Assembly (NCBI RefSeq): GCF_020745735.1
Contig: NC_083417.1
Location: forward strand, 27,032,001-27,096,000
DNA from: Hemiscyllium ocellatum
Lineage: Eukaryota
Reading direction: 5' to 3'
DNA: 64,000 nucleotides
A program made the translations under genes and the position numbers. The notes below the pieces were generated by a model. The model ran no database searches, was not told the DNA's origin, and saw only the letters and a program-made list of their open reading frames with translations. Below, in pieces: positions 1 through 12,700 of the stretch (its first letter is position 1; every line of letters starts with the position of its first letter).

Positions 1-1390
1 GCAGACCTCACTTTCTCCTGAAAGTCCCACTACTTGGCCTTTCAAGTAGTTTTCAAGTGGACGCTACTCAACATTAGCATAGGGCTGGGGGAGCTGTTGG
101 TGGAAAATAATTCCCTCAGGACAAACTTTCAATTCTGGGCTTCCACAATGTTCGGTGACATACCCATCTCCAAGTCGAGGAAATAATACTTCTATGGGTT
201 GGAGGTGGAGAACAACACGATATGGCAACCGAGAGGAGCTTGGAGAAGCCTGGCAAAGTTCTCCTGGTATTTCTGATTGCACAAAAATGAAAAAAGAAAC
301 ATTTTGAGTTTATTTCAAAATTACCCTCATCAGTGAGGCACAAATAAAGGTTTTGCTAGTGTAAAATCATCTGAATATTCTCTTTAACGCATTTGCTTGA
401 TGGTAGTTACATAGCAAAACTGAATTCTTATGTATCCAAATTCTTGTTACTTTGACAAAGACACCCAGAAAGAGAAATTAGAATTCTGACATGAAAACAT
501 CTTGAAAATTTGTTGGGATAATTATTTCTAGCAATTGAGGAAATGTTTTTTGACTTTATTATAAAGTGACCATGCTGTTACAGCATATCAGGATGTTTTC
601 CATTCTGTTGTGTCTTTGTCAATTCTCTAAAAATATAATTCATTTATTGCCATACTCTGCATTCTCCATGTAATTTGAACATGTTTTGCTTTTTTAGATA
701 ATAATACAATTCCCTCTTGAAATTCTCTATTGACTCTGCCTCCACTATACTCAGTTTTCACATTCCAGCTCATAACTAGTCACTATGGGACATTAATTCT
801 CATAATGTTGTCATTGCTTGCTTTGCCAATTACCTTAAACCCATTTGTTCGCGATTTTTCCCCTAGTATTCTACATCTTCTCCCTATCTGCTGTGTTCAG
901 GCCCGTCATGATTTTGAACACCTCTATCAGATTTCCACTGCACATTCTCTTCTTCAAGGAAAAAGGCCTAACTTGTATAATTAGCCTGGGTCTTGACTGT
1001 GTGATCCACCTAACATCTGTCATAAGTACACTGTGCCTTCTTTATCATAATGCTGTCTCGTTCAACAGCTAGGAAGCTCTGGATTTTCTATCCTTCCTTC
1101 CGTTTTCATGGGAATATATCTTGTCAAACCTGAACTGACTTCTTTAGAGATAGTCCATTATTCAGTTACCATCTTACCTGTCAGTATTTGAGACCAACTT
1201 ACCTGGTACAGATCCATTCTATTGAAGTTGCCTTTTCCCTAATTAATTATTTTTACGCCAATATTTTCTTTGTCCTTTTCCATAATCAACCAAAATCTTA
1301 TGATACCATGATCACTGTCCTCGATATGTGGGAACCATTATGGCAACAACATCCTTAATTAGATTCTCTATTTTTCATTAATATAAATAG

Positions 1391-1544
1391 GGTACAAATT
1401 GAAAAACTTAAAGCTGAAAATGCTCAGAATAAACAGAGTCATGAAAGTGCAGTCACAGAAGGACTCAAGCACCAGAAATCAATTTGCAAGTTGGAGATGG
1501 AAGTCAACACCAGCAAAGAGCAGATTAAAATGCTACAAATGCAG
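1391..1544 (+). CDS. PMFBP1: Internal coding exon of a coiled-coil protein (PMFBP1-like), 154 nt, phase 2 to 0
   Basis: Pyrimidine-rich stretch then ataaatAG|G; open frame VQIEKLKAENAQNKQSHESAVTEGLKHQKSICKLEMEVNTSKEQIKMLQMQ; donor CAG|gtgggt; joins next exon in frame. Confidence 0.8.
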
Positions 1545-2499
1545 GTGGGTGAATAATGAGTTGAATTTTGCTGACTGTGGAGTCAGAATTAGATTTGGGT
1601 GGGGCTTGTTAAGTAGCAGAAAAACTCCTTCAGTGGTGTCTGACTTCCCCAAAACTGTCCCAACTCCATACGACTTATCCAGTAGGTGGTTATCATGGGA
1701 ACTGATAGTCCAGTCTATTGTGGCAGGCAGGTAGACAATGAACTAAGGCCCCAATCAAGTGCTCTGTTCCCCTGTGATCTGGCATTGCATGGGACCCCAC
1801 TGCAAATTTGTGGAAGTGCACAGTCACCTAGAAGTCAACAAGTGGAGGTGGCTAGATTTATCAGCTACATCAGGGAGCCACAGTGACAACAAGGACTCAG
1901 ACTGGCTAGAAGGGTAAGACTCCACTCTGAGCCGAGAGTACCTTGTCAGCTTTTCACACTGAAGAAGAAGTCTATGTGAACCCTTCCATTTTGCAGTACT
2001 CCCTTAGTCACCTTCTCCAGTAGTACTCACCTCTCCCAGTGGTGTTTCATTCTGGATTTTTTGCTGAGGACCCTTACATTCTGCTCATCATTCCATTAGT
2101 TCACTCTATCTTTTGGTCAATGAACTGGTAGGTATTCCATTAGATGACCACCTCATATAAAGTTGTCCCAGTGGACTTGCTAAGCCCATTGTTAGTACCA
2201 TCCTGACAGTGAAACTTCAGGAACCATTGCTTAAACTATATGATCCACATTCATTGTTCATTTAGGGATAGCAGTCAGGTTCCAATGACATGAAAAGGAT
2301 GACATAGGCACCACTGAAGCAGAGAAGCAATCTCAGAGGCTATCTGAAATGGAAGTGTCTCAGAAGCCTGCTAAAAAGTTAAAATTTTAAAAAGCCAGTA
2401 GTGTGGGGTAGAAACATTCCTGAATGGGTTTGGATTATAGTCGTGGCTCAGACAAATGTGGCTCATTTGTAGGGCCAGTGAGGACGGGGGCAGAGGGTA

Positions 2500-3415
2500 A
2501 TGTATCCAAATTTGGTGATGATACATAAATAATGGGTGAACATGTTGTGATTAGGACATAAGGAATCTGTAAGGGGATATAGATAGGTTGATTGAGGAGT
2601 CAAACACTTGACAAATGTGATTTAGGAAAGCATGAGGTTGTGCTCTTTAGGAATAAGAATCAAAAGTGGATTAGTTAAATGGAGAGCAACGCCAATAAAG
2701 TCCAAAGCAGAGGGACCTGAGTGTTCTTGTGCATGACACATGAAAAGTTATCATGCAGATGTAGCAAATAGTTAAGAAGGCAAACAGAATTTTGGCTTTT
2801 ATTTTTGGGGGGGTTGGGGTGTTGAAGCTTGAAAACAGGGAAGTTTTGTTACAATTGTACGGCGTGTTGATGAGGCTGCTCTCAGGTACTCTGCAATTTT
2901 GGCCCTATATTTAAAACAAAGTACAGCATACTGGCATTGAAAGCTGATAAAAAATACATTCACAAGGCTGATTCCTGGTATGAATGTGTTGACTTATCAA
3001 AAATGGCTAAATAGGTTAGGCATATATTTATTCAAAGTTAGAAGAACATACACAAACATTGAAACATACAAGATTCTGAGAGGGCTTGTCAATGTAGATA
3101 TTGAGAAGATGCTTCCAGTAGTGGGAATCACAAACTAGGAACACAGTTACAGAAAATAGAAAGCCATTTCAAACTGAGAGGCAAAGGCGTTTCTTCTCCC
3201 TACCCCAGAGAATTGTGAAGGCTAGATCATTGGAAGTATTTAAAGGTGAGGTAGATAGATATTTGAAATATCAGGGAGTTGATGACTCTGCTGAGCTAGC
3301 ATCAGAGAGGAGTTGAGGACTGGGACAGATCAGTCACGATCTTGTTGAATGATGAGCCAGGATTTCGGGGTCCAAATGACTTACTCTTGCTCCTACCTCT
3401 TATGTCCTTATATTC
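2500..3415 (+). mobile_element. Decayed CR1-type LINE, RT C-terminus plus 3' UTR
   Basis: Relic of SKFADDTK (tccaaatttggtgatgataca), RDLGVLVH-like segment, CR1-type tail (cttatgtccttat). Boundaries approximate. Confidence 0.7.
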
Positions 3416-3464
3416 GTTAATAATTTGGTCCAGGGTACAGAAGGACACACTTATTTATAATTTT

Positions 3465-3590
3465 CTGGATTAGTGGTGCTGTAAGAGCACAGCAGTTCAG
3501 GCAGCATCCGAGGAGCAGTAAAATCGATGTTTTGGGCAAAAGCCCTTCAGCAGGAATCTGGTTTCCAGCATCTGCAGTCATTGTTTTTAC
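3465..3590 (-). mobile_element. PLE-derived mini insertion with degenerate hammerhead and 15-bp TSD
   Basis: Flanked by cttatttataatttt (3450-3464, 3591-3605); minus strand reads CTGCTGA-AGGGC-TTTT-GCCC-AAAAC-ATC; homologous to the end of the PLE at 49440-49565. Confidence 0.8.
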
Positions 3591-3617
3591 CTTATTTATA
3601 ATTTTGCCCGTTTTTAG

Positions 3618-3785
3618 ATTCATCAAAAGGAAGGTGAGAGCAACAGACTTCGAGAAGAATTAAAATCGGAACAAACGAGACAAGAGGAGTTACAAAGACA
3701 GTCTCAGAAACTGAAAGAACAAGTAGGAGAGCTCAAAAGAGAAACTGATGAATTGAATGACAAATTTAAAGAAAATACCCAGTTG
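3618..3785 (+). CDS. PMFBP1: Coding exon, 168 nt, phase 0-0 (PMFBP1-like coiled coil)
   Basis: gtttttAG|ATT; IHQKEGESNRLREELKSEQTRQEELQRQSQKLKEQVGELKRETDELNDKFKENTQL; donor TTG|gtaagt. Confidence 0.88.
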
Positions 3786-4245
3786 GTAAGTAGACAGTAT
3801 TAAAATGTGAACATATCTTATGAGCATAGTATATAAATATGAATAGTCAGATAATTAGTAACAAGGGTTTTATAACAGATTATTTGAATCTGCAAATATT
3901 TACAAATTAAGAACTCTGATCATGTTTTTGAGAAATTTCATCATACTCATTTCATTAGCTTCGAACAATACAGTAGCTTCAACAGAAGGAAAGGCATTTG
4001 TCTCCCATGATTTGTATACCTCTGAAAATTATTATTGGATCTCCAATAGAATAGAGATTTCTAAACAATTTGATGAGATTGTCAGAGTGTGCTTTGACAC
4101 CTTGGCACTTATGAAATGTGATTTGGATGTATTTGATATACAGCTGCAACTAGGAATGCTTACAAATCAGTGCACGATGAACACTGATGCTCTTTCTCTG
4201 CAGTAAGACAATACACAGTCAACAAAACTAATATGTGATTATTAG

Positions 4246-4358
4246 ACCCTATTCTGAGGAAGAGTCATTTGACCCAAAGCATTAACTCTGATTTCTTTCC
4301 ACAAATGCTGCCAGATTTGCTGAGCTTTTCCAGCAATTTCTGTTTTTGTTGTTGTTAT
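4246..4358 (+). mobile_element. PLE-end-derived short insertion with degenerate hammerhead and 15-bp TSD
   Basis: TSD atatgtgattattag (4231-4245, 4359-4373); CTGAGGA-AGAGTCA-TT-TGACCC-AAAGC followed by the shared gctgccaga...ttttccagca tail. Confidence 0.7.
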
Positions 4359-4552
4359 ATATGTGATTATTAGGGCTCATATTGCAATGGCAGTGTTCAC
4401 CCAACACAAGCTGGAGCACAGAGATCCAAATAGCCAGTATCTGAGCAGTAGACACTCCTCCTATTGGATGAGATAGAAGCAGTCATGAATGGAACAAACC
4501 AAGGCAGCTGCAGAAAAGTCTAAATTGTTTGAAAACTATTGGGAAGATGCCA

Positions 4553-6285
4553 GAGACAACAAAAAACTGCAGATGCTGGAATTCACAGCAGGCAGGCAAG
4601 AGGCTGGAAGAACACAGCAAGCCAGGCATCATCAAGAGTTAGAGAAATCGACGTTTTGGGTGTAACCATTCTTCAGGACTGAGGATGGGTGTAGGGGGAG
4701 CTGGGGGCAAGGTGATGACATGGGGATATGTGAAGACAGGTAGAGGGTACAATCTGGTTGGTCAATGGGAGGAATTAATCCGATTGATGGAAGGGGAGGT
4801 CTGCGAAGGTAGTCAAGGGATGTGAAGGGAGGTTATTTGAAATTGGAGAATTCCAACTGGAGTTTCCTAATGAAGGGCTCTTGCCCAAAGCGTAGATTTT
4901 CCTGCTCCTCAGATGCTGCCTGACCTGCTGTGCTTTTCCAGCACCACTCTAATCTAGGCTCTGATTTCCAGCATCTGCAGTCCTCACTTTTGCCTTGGAG
5001 AACTCAATGTTGAGTTGTCCAGGCTGTAGGCTGCCCAGGCGAAAAATGAGGTATTATTCCTCCAATTTGCGGTTTAGTTTGTTGTGGCATTGGAGGAGGC
5101 CAAGGATTGTTATGTTAGAAAGGGATTGGGAAGGAAAATTAAAATGAGCAGTGACTGGGAGGTCTGGTTGGCCCCTGCGGGCCCAGTTGAACTGTTCCCT
5201 AAGTTTACATTTGATCTCCCCGACATAAAGGAGACCATGTCAAGAGCACTTGATGCAGTAAACAAGGTTGGAAGAGAAGAGAAACAGGTGGAGCTCTGTC
5301 TCCCCTAGAAGAGCAATTTCAGACCCTGGATGGAGGTGTCGGATGTGGTTTACCGGCAGATTTTGCATCTTTTTTGGTTGCAGGGGAAGGTACTTGGGGT
5401 TCGGGGAGGTTGGTGGGGAGAGTGACGCAATCCATGGACAGTTGAAGGGAATGGTCCTTGTGGAAGGGGTAGAGCAGTGGGAAGGGGAAGAGTTTCTTGG
5501 TGGTGGGGTCTAGTTGGAGTAGGCAGAAGAGTTTAAGGATGATGCGTTGGATGCGGAGACTGGTGGGATGTTAGGTGAGGACAAAAAGGACTCTGTCTTT
5601 ATTGTGTTTGGTTTTGAGCAGTGCAATGGGGAATGAAGGTGGTGCAATGGAGGGCTGTATGGATGACAGAAAAAGGAAAAGCATGTTGTTTGAAATAGGT
5701 GGACATCTGGGGTGCTTGGAAGTGGAATGTCTCTTTGTCCAAGCAGATGCATCGGAGGTGAATGAATTGGGAGAACGGGATGGGGTTCTTGCAAGATATT
5801 GTAGGTGGAAGGAGGTGTAGTCCAGGTAGTTATGGGAGTCTGTGAGTTTGTAGTAAACATCCACCTGGAGACCGTGGCCAGAGATGGAAATGGAGAGGTC
5901 AAGAAAGAAAAGGGAGGTGTCTGATATGGACCAAGTGAATTTGAGGGCGGGGTGGAACTTGCGCTGAATTCAATCCATTCCCCAAGTTCAGCCTGGTGCA
6001 GAATGTTGCATCGATGCAGTCATCGATGTAACAGCGGAAGAGTTGGGATACACTGCCTGTGTGGGTACTGAAGAGGGACTGTTTGACAGAGCCAACTAAG
6101 AGGCAGGCATAGCTGGGGCCCATTCGGGTGCCCATGGCCACCCCCTGGAATTGTGAGAAACGGCAGGAGTATAAGGAAAAGTTGTTGAAGGTGAGGACCA
6201 GTTCAACGAGGTGGAAGAGTGTATTGGTGGAGGGGCATTGGATGGGTCTACTGGAGAGGAAGAAGCGCCCTCTGGTGTAAGTACA
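4553..6285 (-). mobile_element. 5'-truncated, decayed Penelope-like element (RT plus GIY-YIG relics), with a second + strand PLE end nested at about 4855-4994
   Basis: Track ORFs give GVAMGTRMGPSYACL..RCYIDD and VYYKLTDSHNYLDY; hammerhead-like motif at 4646-4680 (-); ttggagaa repeated on either side of the nested piece. Confidence 0.85.
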
Positions 6286-6574
6286 CACAGTGCTGTTCGG
6301 AAGGACTTCAACTCAACAGTGTAGGACCAACAATGTAGTTAAAAATCAGGATATGTGCTTGGATGGGAATTTGCAGGTGATAGTGTTCATGTGTATCTGT
6401 GACTTTTCACCTTTTGACTGGTAGAGGTCATTGGAATGGACGTTTAGTTCTGATAAACAGTCACCAAATTCAAAACATTAACTCTGTTATTCCCCCCCCT
6501 AGATGATGCCAGACCTGCTGAGTTTCCTCCAGCAATTTCTGTTTTTGTTTTGGAAGTGCTATCACAAAATAATG

Positions 6575-7180
6575 TCATTAAGTCACGGAAAGCTAGCATG
6601 CACGTGCAGCAAGCTATTCGGAAGGCTCATTAAATGTCAACCTTTATCACAAGAGGAACTGAGTACAGGAATGCAGAAGTCTTGCTTCACCTGTTGGGAG
6701 CTAGGTTCGTTAGCACCTGGAGTGCTGAGGTTTGGTCTCCTCATCTCAGAAAAGGTATTTTGGCCACAATGGGAGTGTAATGAAGATTTAATAGTCTTGT
6801 TGCCAGAATGACAGGCTGTCCAATGAAAAGAGATTGGGCAAACTGGATCTATATTCCCTCAAATTTTAAAGAATAAGAGGTGATCGCATTGAAATCTACA
6901 AAATACTTGAAGCGATTGAATGTGAGCATGGTTCAGTAATTGACAAACAGGGCGCACAATTTAAAAATATGGGGGATGCATAAGAGACATTTCTTTTGCT
7001 TGGATGGTAATGAATCTTGGGAATTTTCTACCCCAGAGGACTGTGGAAGCACAGTCTTTAGCATAATTAAAGTTATGGGAATAGTGAGGGAGAAATACAT
7101 TGAAGTTTTCAATTGGCCACAATTGTGTTGAATGGTAGTGCAGACTCAATGGACCGAATGGCTTACTATCATTCCTACTT
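6575..7180 (+). mobile_element. Decayed CR1-type LINE 3' fragment
   Basis: LGxYSLxFxRxRGDxIEIYKIL relic and CR1 3' UTR-like end. Confidence 0.65.
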
Positions 7181-7199
7181 TGCTAAAATTTCCAGCCTA

Positions 7200-7900
7200 A
7201 GTCCTCCTGCTATAACTACTGTGTTCTGGTAATTTGTTTCTGGTCAGTGCTAACATCCAGGATGTTAATGGTAGATGATAATACTGATACATTCCTGGGT
7301 ACTATTAAGTGCTATGGGAAGATGGCTATATTCTCTTGTTGGAGATTATCATTGCTTGGCTGTTATGTGGCATGAATGTCACTTGCCACTTACAAGCCCA
7401 AGTCTGAATGTTGTCAAAGTTTCTGCATATTGGAACAGACTGCTGCCACATCTGAGCAGTTGTAGGTTGTGCTGAACAATGTACAATCATCAGCAAACAT
7501 CCCCACTTCTAATCTTGTGATGGAAGAAAGGTCATTGATGAAACAGTTGAGCATATTTGGCCAAGGACACTACTCTGAGGAACTATTGTAGCAATATTCT
7601 GGAACGGAGGTGAATGACCTTGAACAACCATAACCATATTCCTTTGTGTTAGGTATGACTCTAACAAATGAAAATATTTTCCTTCTTCCATTGTTACTTA
7701 GTGATCTCAATTTTACTTGAGCTTCCTGTTGCCACACTCTGCCATATGTTGCCTCAACAGCAAGGCCAATTGTTTCACCTCACCCTCTTTAAATTAACTC
7801 CTTTGTCCATGTTTAGATCAACAGTGTGGTCTAGAGCTAAATGGCCTTGGCAAAATCTAAACTAAACATTGGTTAGAAGGTTCTTGCTGAACTAGTGCTG
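7200..7900 (-). mobile_element. Fragment of the CR1-group LINE family seen at 10275-13830
   Basis: ORF 7509..7691 ESYLTQRNMVMVVQGHS..VPQSSVLG matches ORF 12442..12747. Confidence 0.7.
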
Positions 7901-8882
7901 CTTAATAGCTCTTATAAGAATTATAGTAAAATAACATAGAATATCTAAAACTAGGGGGCATGCATTTAAGGTGAGAGGGGGCAAGTTCAAAGGAGATGTG
8001 AAGAGCAACATTTTTACACAGCAAGTGGCAGGAGTGTGAAATGCGCTGCAGATATGATAGGGGTGTTTAAGGGACTTTTATGTAAGCACATGAATATGTG
8101 AGGAAAGGAGGGATATAAACCAAGGGCAGGCCGAAGGGATTAGTTTAATTTGGCGTCATGTTCAGCACAACATCGTGGGCTGAAGGGCCCATTCCTGTAC
8201 TGTACAGTTCTATGTTCTGTGTTCTAATCACAGAAGGGTTAGAGTATGAAAGGGGCCTTTTGGACTTTTGTATCCACACCAGCTCTTCAAATGAGCTTCA
8301 GGACTTAGAGCCATTGTCCCACTTTGTCCCATTGTCTTCATTGCACATTGGATACCTATTTAAATAGAAACAATGCTGTCATGAATGCCTCAATTAGACC
8401 TGTCTCCCCCATACTTCCAAGCATTGAAATTCAGAATCAAATCACGTGTTGTGTGAAAAGGTTTTCTTCTTACCTCTCATTTACTTGTTCTTGACCCTCC
8501 TCTTATCCTCCTCTGTCCAAGGAAAGCAGACCCAACCTCTCAAATCCATCTAAATAACTGAAGTTTCCCATGCCTGGAAACATTCCTGTAAATTCTCTTT
8601 TGTCCACTGTCCAATGCATTCACATTCTTCCTGTAGTGTAGTGTCCATAATTATACACAATACTGTAGGTCAAGTCTAACAAATGTCTTATACACTCAAG
8701 TTCCATTCTTACACCACTAAAGTCAACTCTTCTCCCGTTGATTTTTCCTACTCTGGGTTGACCATTGTCCTTTTCCAACATCAACCTGAACCTCACAAGA
8801 CACTGATCATTGTTTCCTAAATGTTCTCCACTTACAATGGAGCAATTTTCTACCTTGGTGGGTAGGTGCCAGTGTTGATCCT

Positions 8883-9320
8883 CCCTCTCGGCTCACAAGC
8901 CTCATTCCTGATAAAGGGCTCTTGCCCGAAACGTTGATTCTCCTGCTTCGCGGATGCTGCCTGACCTGCTGTGCTTTTCCAGCACCATACTCTCGACTCT
9001 GATCTCCAGCATCTACAGTTCTCATTTTCTCCTGGTTGATTTTTAACTTTACTGCAAAGCCTCTTCCAAGGATACCTACCTTGAAGAAATTCTCCTCCTC
9101 TGTCTACAGGGATTTAGTGAGTCTCTGTCACTGCACCCCCAGGTCATCTCCTACCTATCGCACTCTCAGCTACCTTACCCCCAGCCCCTCTCATTTATCT
9201 CTCTACCCCTCAACTCACAAGCCTCATTTCTGATGAAGGGCTTTTGCCTGAAACATTAATTCTCCTGCTCCTCTGATGCTGCCTGACCTGATGTGCTTTT
9301 CTAGCACCACACTCTCGACT
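8883..9320 (+). mobile_element. Internally deleted mini-PLE with two direct terminal repeats, each with a hammerhead motif
   Basis: Direct repeats ctcacaagcctcatt-CTGAT(A/G)A...actctcgact at about 8892-8998 and 9214-9320; ttgatcct duplicated at both flanks (8875-8882, 9321-9328). Confidence 0.75.
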
Positions 9321-9544
9321 TTGATCCTAATGTGTGTCTATCTAATAGTTGCTATTCCAGTTTTTGCTATGTAGCCATGCCTCACTCACAGTCGGGATGA
9401 TTACAAAACACGATTATGCTTTTTACTTCAGAAGGGGATTTTTTTAACCAATAATGCATACTTTATTATTCTGTAACTATCTTCCAACAAATTAAACACT
9501 TCCAATCTGCAAGACCATAAAAGATGAGTGGGGAAAGAAGAGGG

Positions 9545-9752
9545 CTATGAGATGGCTTTGGAAGGAGGAGGATGCTGAGAAAGAAGTGGTGGAGAGGAGG
9601 GGGCTGCAGAAGGAAGTGGTGGAGGAGGAGCTACAGAAGGGGCATGTGGAGAAGGAGCCTACAAGATTGGTGTGGGGAGAAAAGGAGTCTACAAGAGCAC
9701 AGTGGGGTGGTGGGGGGGGGGGGGTGCAGAAACATGGTGAGGGAGAGGGGTG
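9545..9752 (+). repeat. Purine/G-rich low-complexity tract
   Basis: Degenerate (g)tggaggaggagg...ctgcagaag units and a long G run. Confidence 0.6.
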
Positions 9753-12700
9753 GGGAGTTTTAAACCTGTCAACATATGAATACATAGCTAACTATGATTC
9801 AAGATATATTTAAATCAATGAGGTAGTGCATTCGTTGGAGCCTCTGGTTTAAGGCTGTATTAGTTCAGAAGCTGCTATGTTTGGAAAATAATGCATTGCA
9901 TCCTTCTGCAGAGAAAACTCTAACTTAATCATGTAAATCTGAGATTGTGATGCTGCAAGAAAGTTTGTGGTTCTAGCTTTGTCCATAGGCAATGGAAATG
10001 TAATAGCTGTGACTTTATCAGTCTGTGGAAGATGGTGGCACTTTGTAAGCAGAAGTTTGTGCCAGTTATTTTAAAAAAATAACTTCTGTTGCTAACTTAT
10101 TGCTGTTGTCTTATACCAATTTAAATACTGTGGTATCTAGGAAATGAACAATTTTCTTAGGTTTTGAGGTTTTAAGTTTAATGGAGAGTTGATTGTTCTT
10201 GAAAACATTAATCAATTTCTCTAATTCTGTTTCTGAATGAGTCGAACTACCTCATACACCAATAAAGGTCAATGTGGGGGTACTGTTGGCCTAATAGTAT
10301 TATCCTTGGCTATTAATCCAGTAACTCAGCTAATGTTCTAGGAAGCCGAGTTTGAATTCTGTCATGGTAGATGGTGGAATTTGAATTCAATAAAAATATC
10401 TGAAATTAAGAATCTAACGAAGACCATAAAACCACTGCCAGTTGTCAGAAAAGCCCTTCTGTCCTTCAAGAAAAAAAATCTGTCATCCTCCATGTGACTC
10501 CACAGCTACTGCAATAAAGTTGACGCTCAATTGACCTCTGAAATGGACTAGCGAGCCTCTCAGTTATATCAATCGTTCTGGTGTCTGTCGCAACAGAGAT
10601 ATGAAACTGTGCCTCGACCTAGGCACTGAAAACGATAATGGCAGAAACAGCCCTGTCAACCCGCAAAGTCCTCCTCACTAACACCTGGGGCTAGTGCCTC
10701 AACTGGGAGAGCTGTCTCACATAATAGTTCATTAACAGCTGACAGCGTCATACTCATGGAATCATACCTTCCAGACAGTGTCCCAGACACCACCATCACC
10801 ATCCTTGGATATGTCCTGTCCCACTGACAGGGCAGACCCAATAGAGGTAGCAGCACAATTGTATACAGTTGGGAAGAAGTTGCCCTTTGAGTCCTAAACA
10901 TTGACAAGAAACCCCTGAAGTACCCTGTCATCAGACTGAACAGGCAAGGAAACCTCCTGCCACTTACCACGTACTTCGTCCTTCAGATGACAAATCAGTA
11001 CACCTCAATATTGAACAACACTTGGAAGAAGCACTGAGGTACAATATGTACTCTGGGTGGGGATTTCAGTGTCTACCATCAAGAGTTGTTTGGGAACTGC
11101 ACTACTGACCGAAATGGCTGGGTCCAAAAAGACATTGGTGCTAGGCCAGAGCTGCAGCAGGTGACGAGGGAATCAGCTTGTGGGAAAAGCATGCTTAACC
11201 TCATCCTCACCAATCTGCCTGCTGCAAATGTATCTGTCCTTGACAGTATCAGCAAGACTGACCATCACACGATCCTTGTGGAGTCCAAGTCCTGCTTTCA
11301 CATTGAGAATACCCTCCATCGAGTTGTATGGCACCATCACCATGCTAAACGGTGCAGATTTCAAACAGATCTAGCAACTCAAGTTGGGCATCCATAAGAT
11401 GTTGTGGGCCATCAACAGCAGCAGAATTGTACTCAAAGAAATCTGCAACCCGATAGCCTAGCTTACCCCCCACTCAGCAATTACAGTTAAGTCAAGGGAT
11501 TAACCCTGGTTCAATGGAGAGTACTGAAGGGTATTTCAGGAGCAGCACCAGGCATACCTAAAATGAGGTGTCAACCTGACAAAGCTACCAGACAGGACTA
11601 CTTGCCAAACAGCATAAGCAGCAAGTGATATATAGAACTAAGTGATCACACCCGATGGATCAGACCTATGTTCTGCAGTCCTGCCACATCCAGTAGTAGA
11701 AAATGAAATATTTAACTGGAGGAAAGCCTCTTCAAATATCCCTGTCCTTAATTTTGGAAGAGTCCAGCAAAAGATAAGGTTGAAACATTCACAGCAATCT
11801 TCAGCCATTAGTATCAAGTGGATGATCTGTCTCTGCATCCTATAGTGCTTCCCAGAATCACAGATGCCACTGTTCACCTAATTCAATTCACGCCACATGA
11901 CATCAAGAAACAAGCACTGGATACTGACAACATTTTAGCAATTGTACTGAAAACTTAAACCATAGATATAGGAACAGAATTCTACCATTCATCCCATCTA
12001 GTCTGCACCACTATTCAATACGACCAATACATTTTTTGTGCTCCAAAACTTGCTGCACATCTAACCAAGTTGTTCCGGTACAGGTTCTGCACTATATGCT
12101 GCCCGACAGTATGGAAATTTGCCCAGGTGTGTCTGCTAATAAAAAGCAAGACATATCCAACCCAGCCAATTTCCATTTAATCAGTCTACACTCGATCATC
12201 ACTGAAGTGATGGAAGATGTCATCAACAAGCAGCTATCAAGCAGCACCTGATGAGCACTAGCCCGCTCACTGACACTCAGTATGAGTTTTGCCAGTGCCA
12301 CTCAGCGTCTGACTTCATTACAGCCTTAGTTCAAACATGGACAAAAGAGCTGAGTTCTGGAGATGAGGTGAGAGTAACAGCCCAAGGCTGCATTTGACTG
12401 TATGCGACATCAATGAACTTGAGCAAAACTGAAATCAGTGGGTGTCGGGACAAAGACTCTATTGTTTTGAGTCATACCCAACACATAGGAAGATGATTGT
12501 GGTTGTTGGGGGTCAGTCGTCTCAACCCCAGGATATCTCTGGAGGAGTTCCTCAGTGTAGTGTCGTAGGCCCAAATGTCTTCAAATGCTTCATCAATGAC
12601 CTTTCCTCCATCATAAGGTCAGAAGTGGGGATGTTTGCCGATGATTGCACAAGGTTCAGCACTATACACGACTCCTCAGATTCTGAAGCAGTCCATTTTC

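Noticed and set aside
9547-9813. Glu/Lys-rich 88-aa ORF resembling a coiled coil
   Set aside because: Low-complexity purine tract without splice signals.
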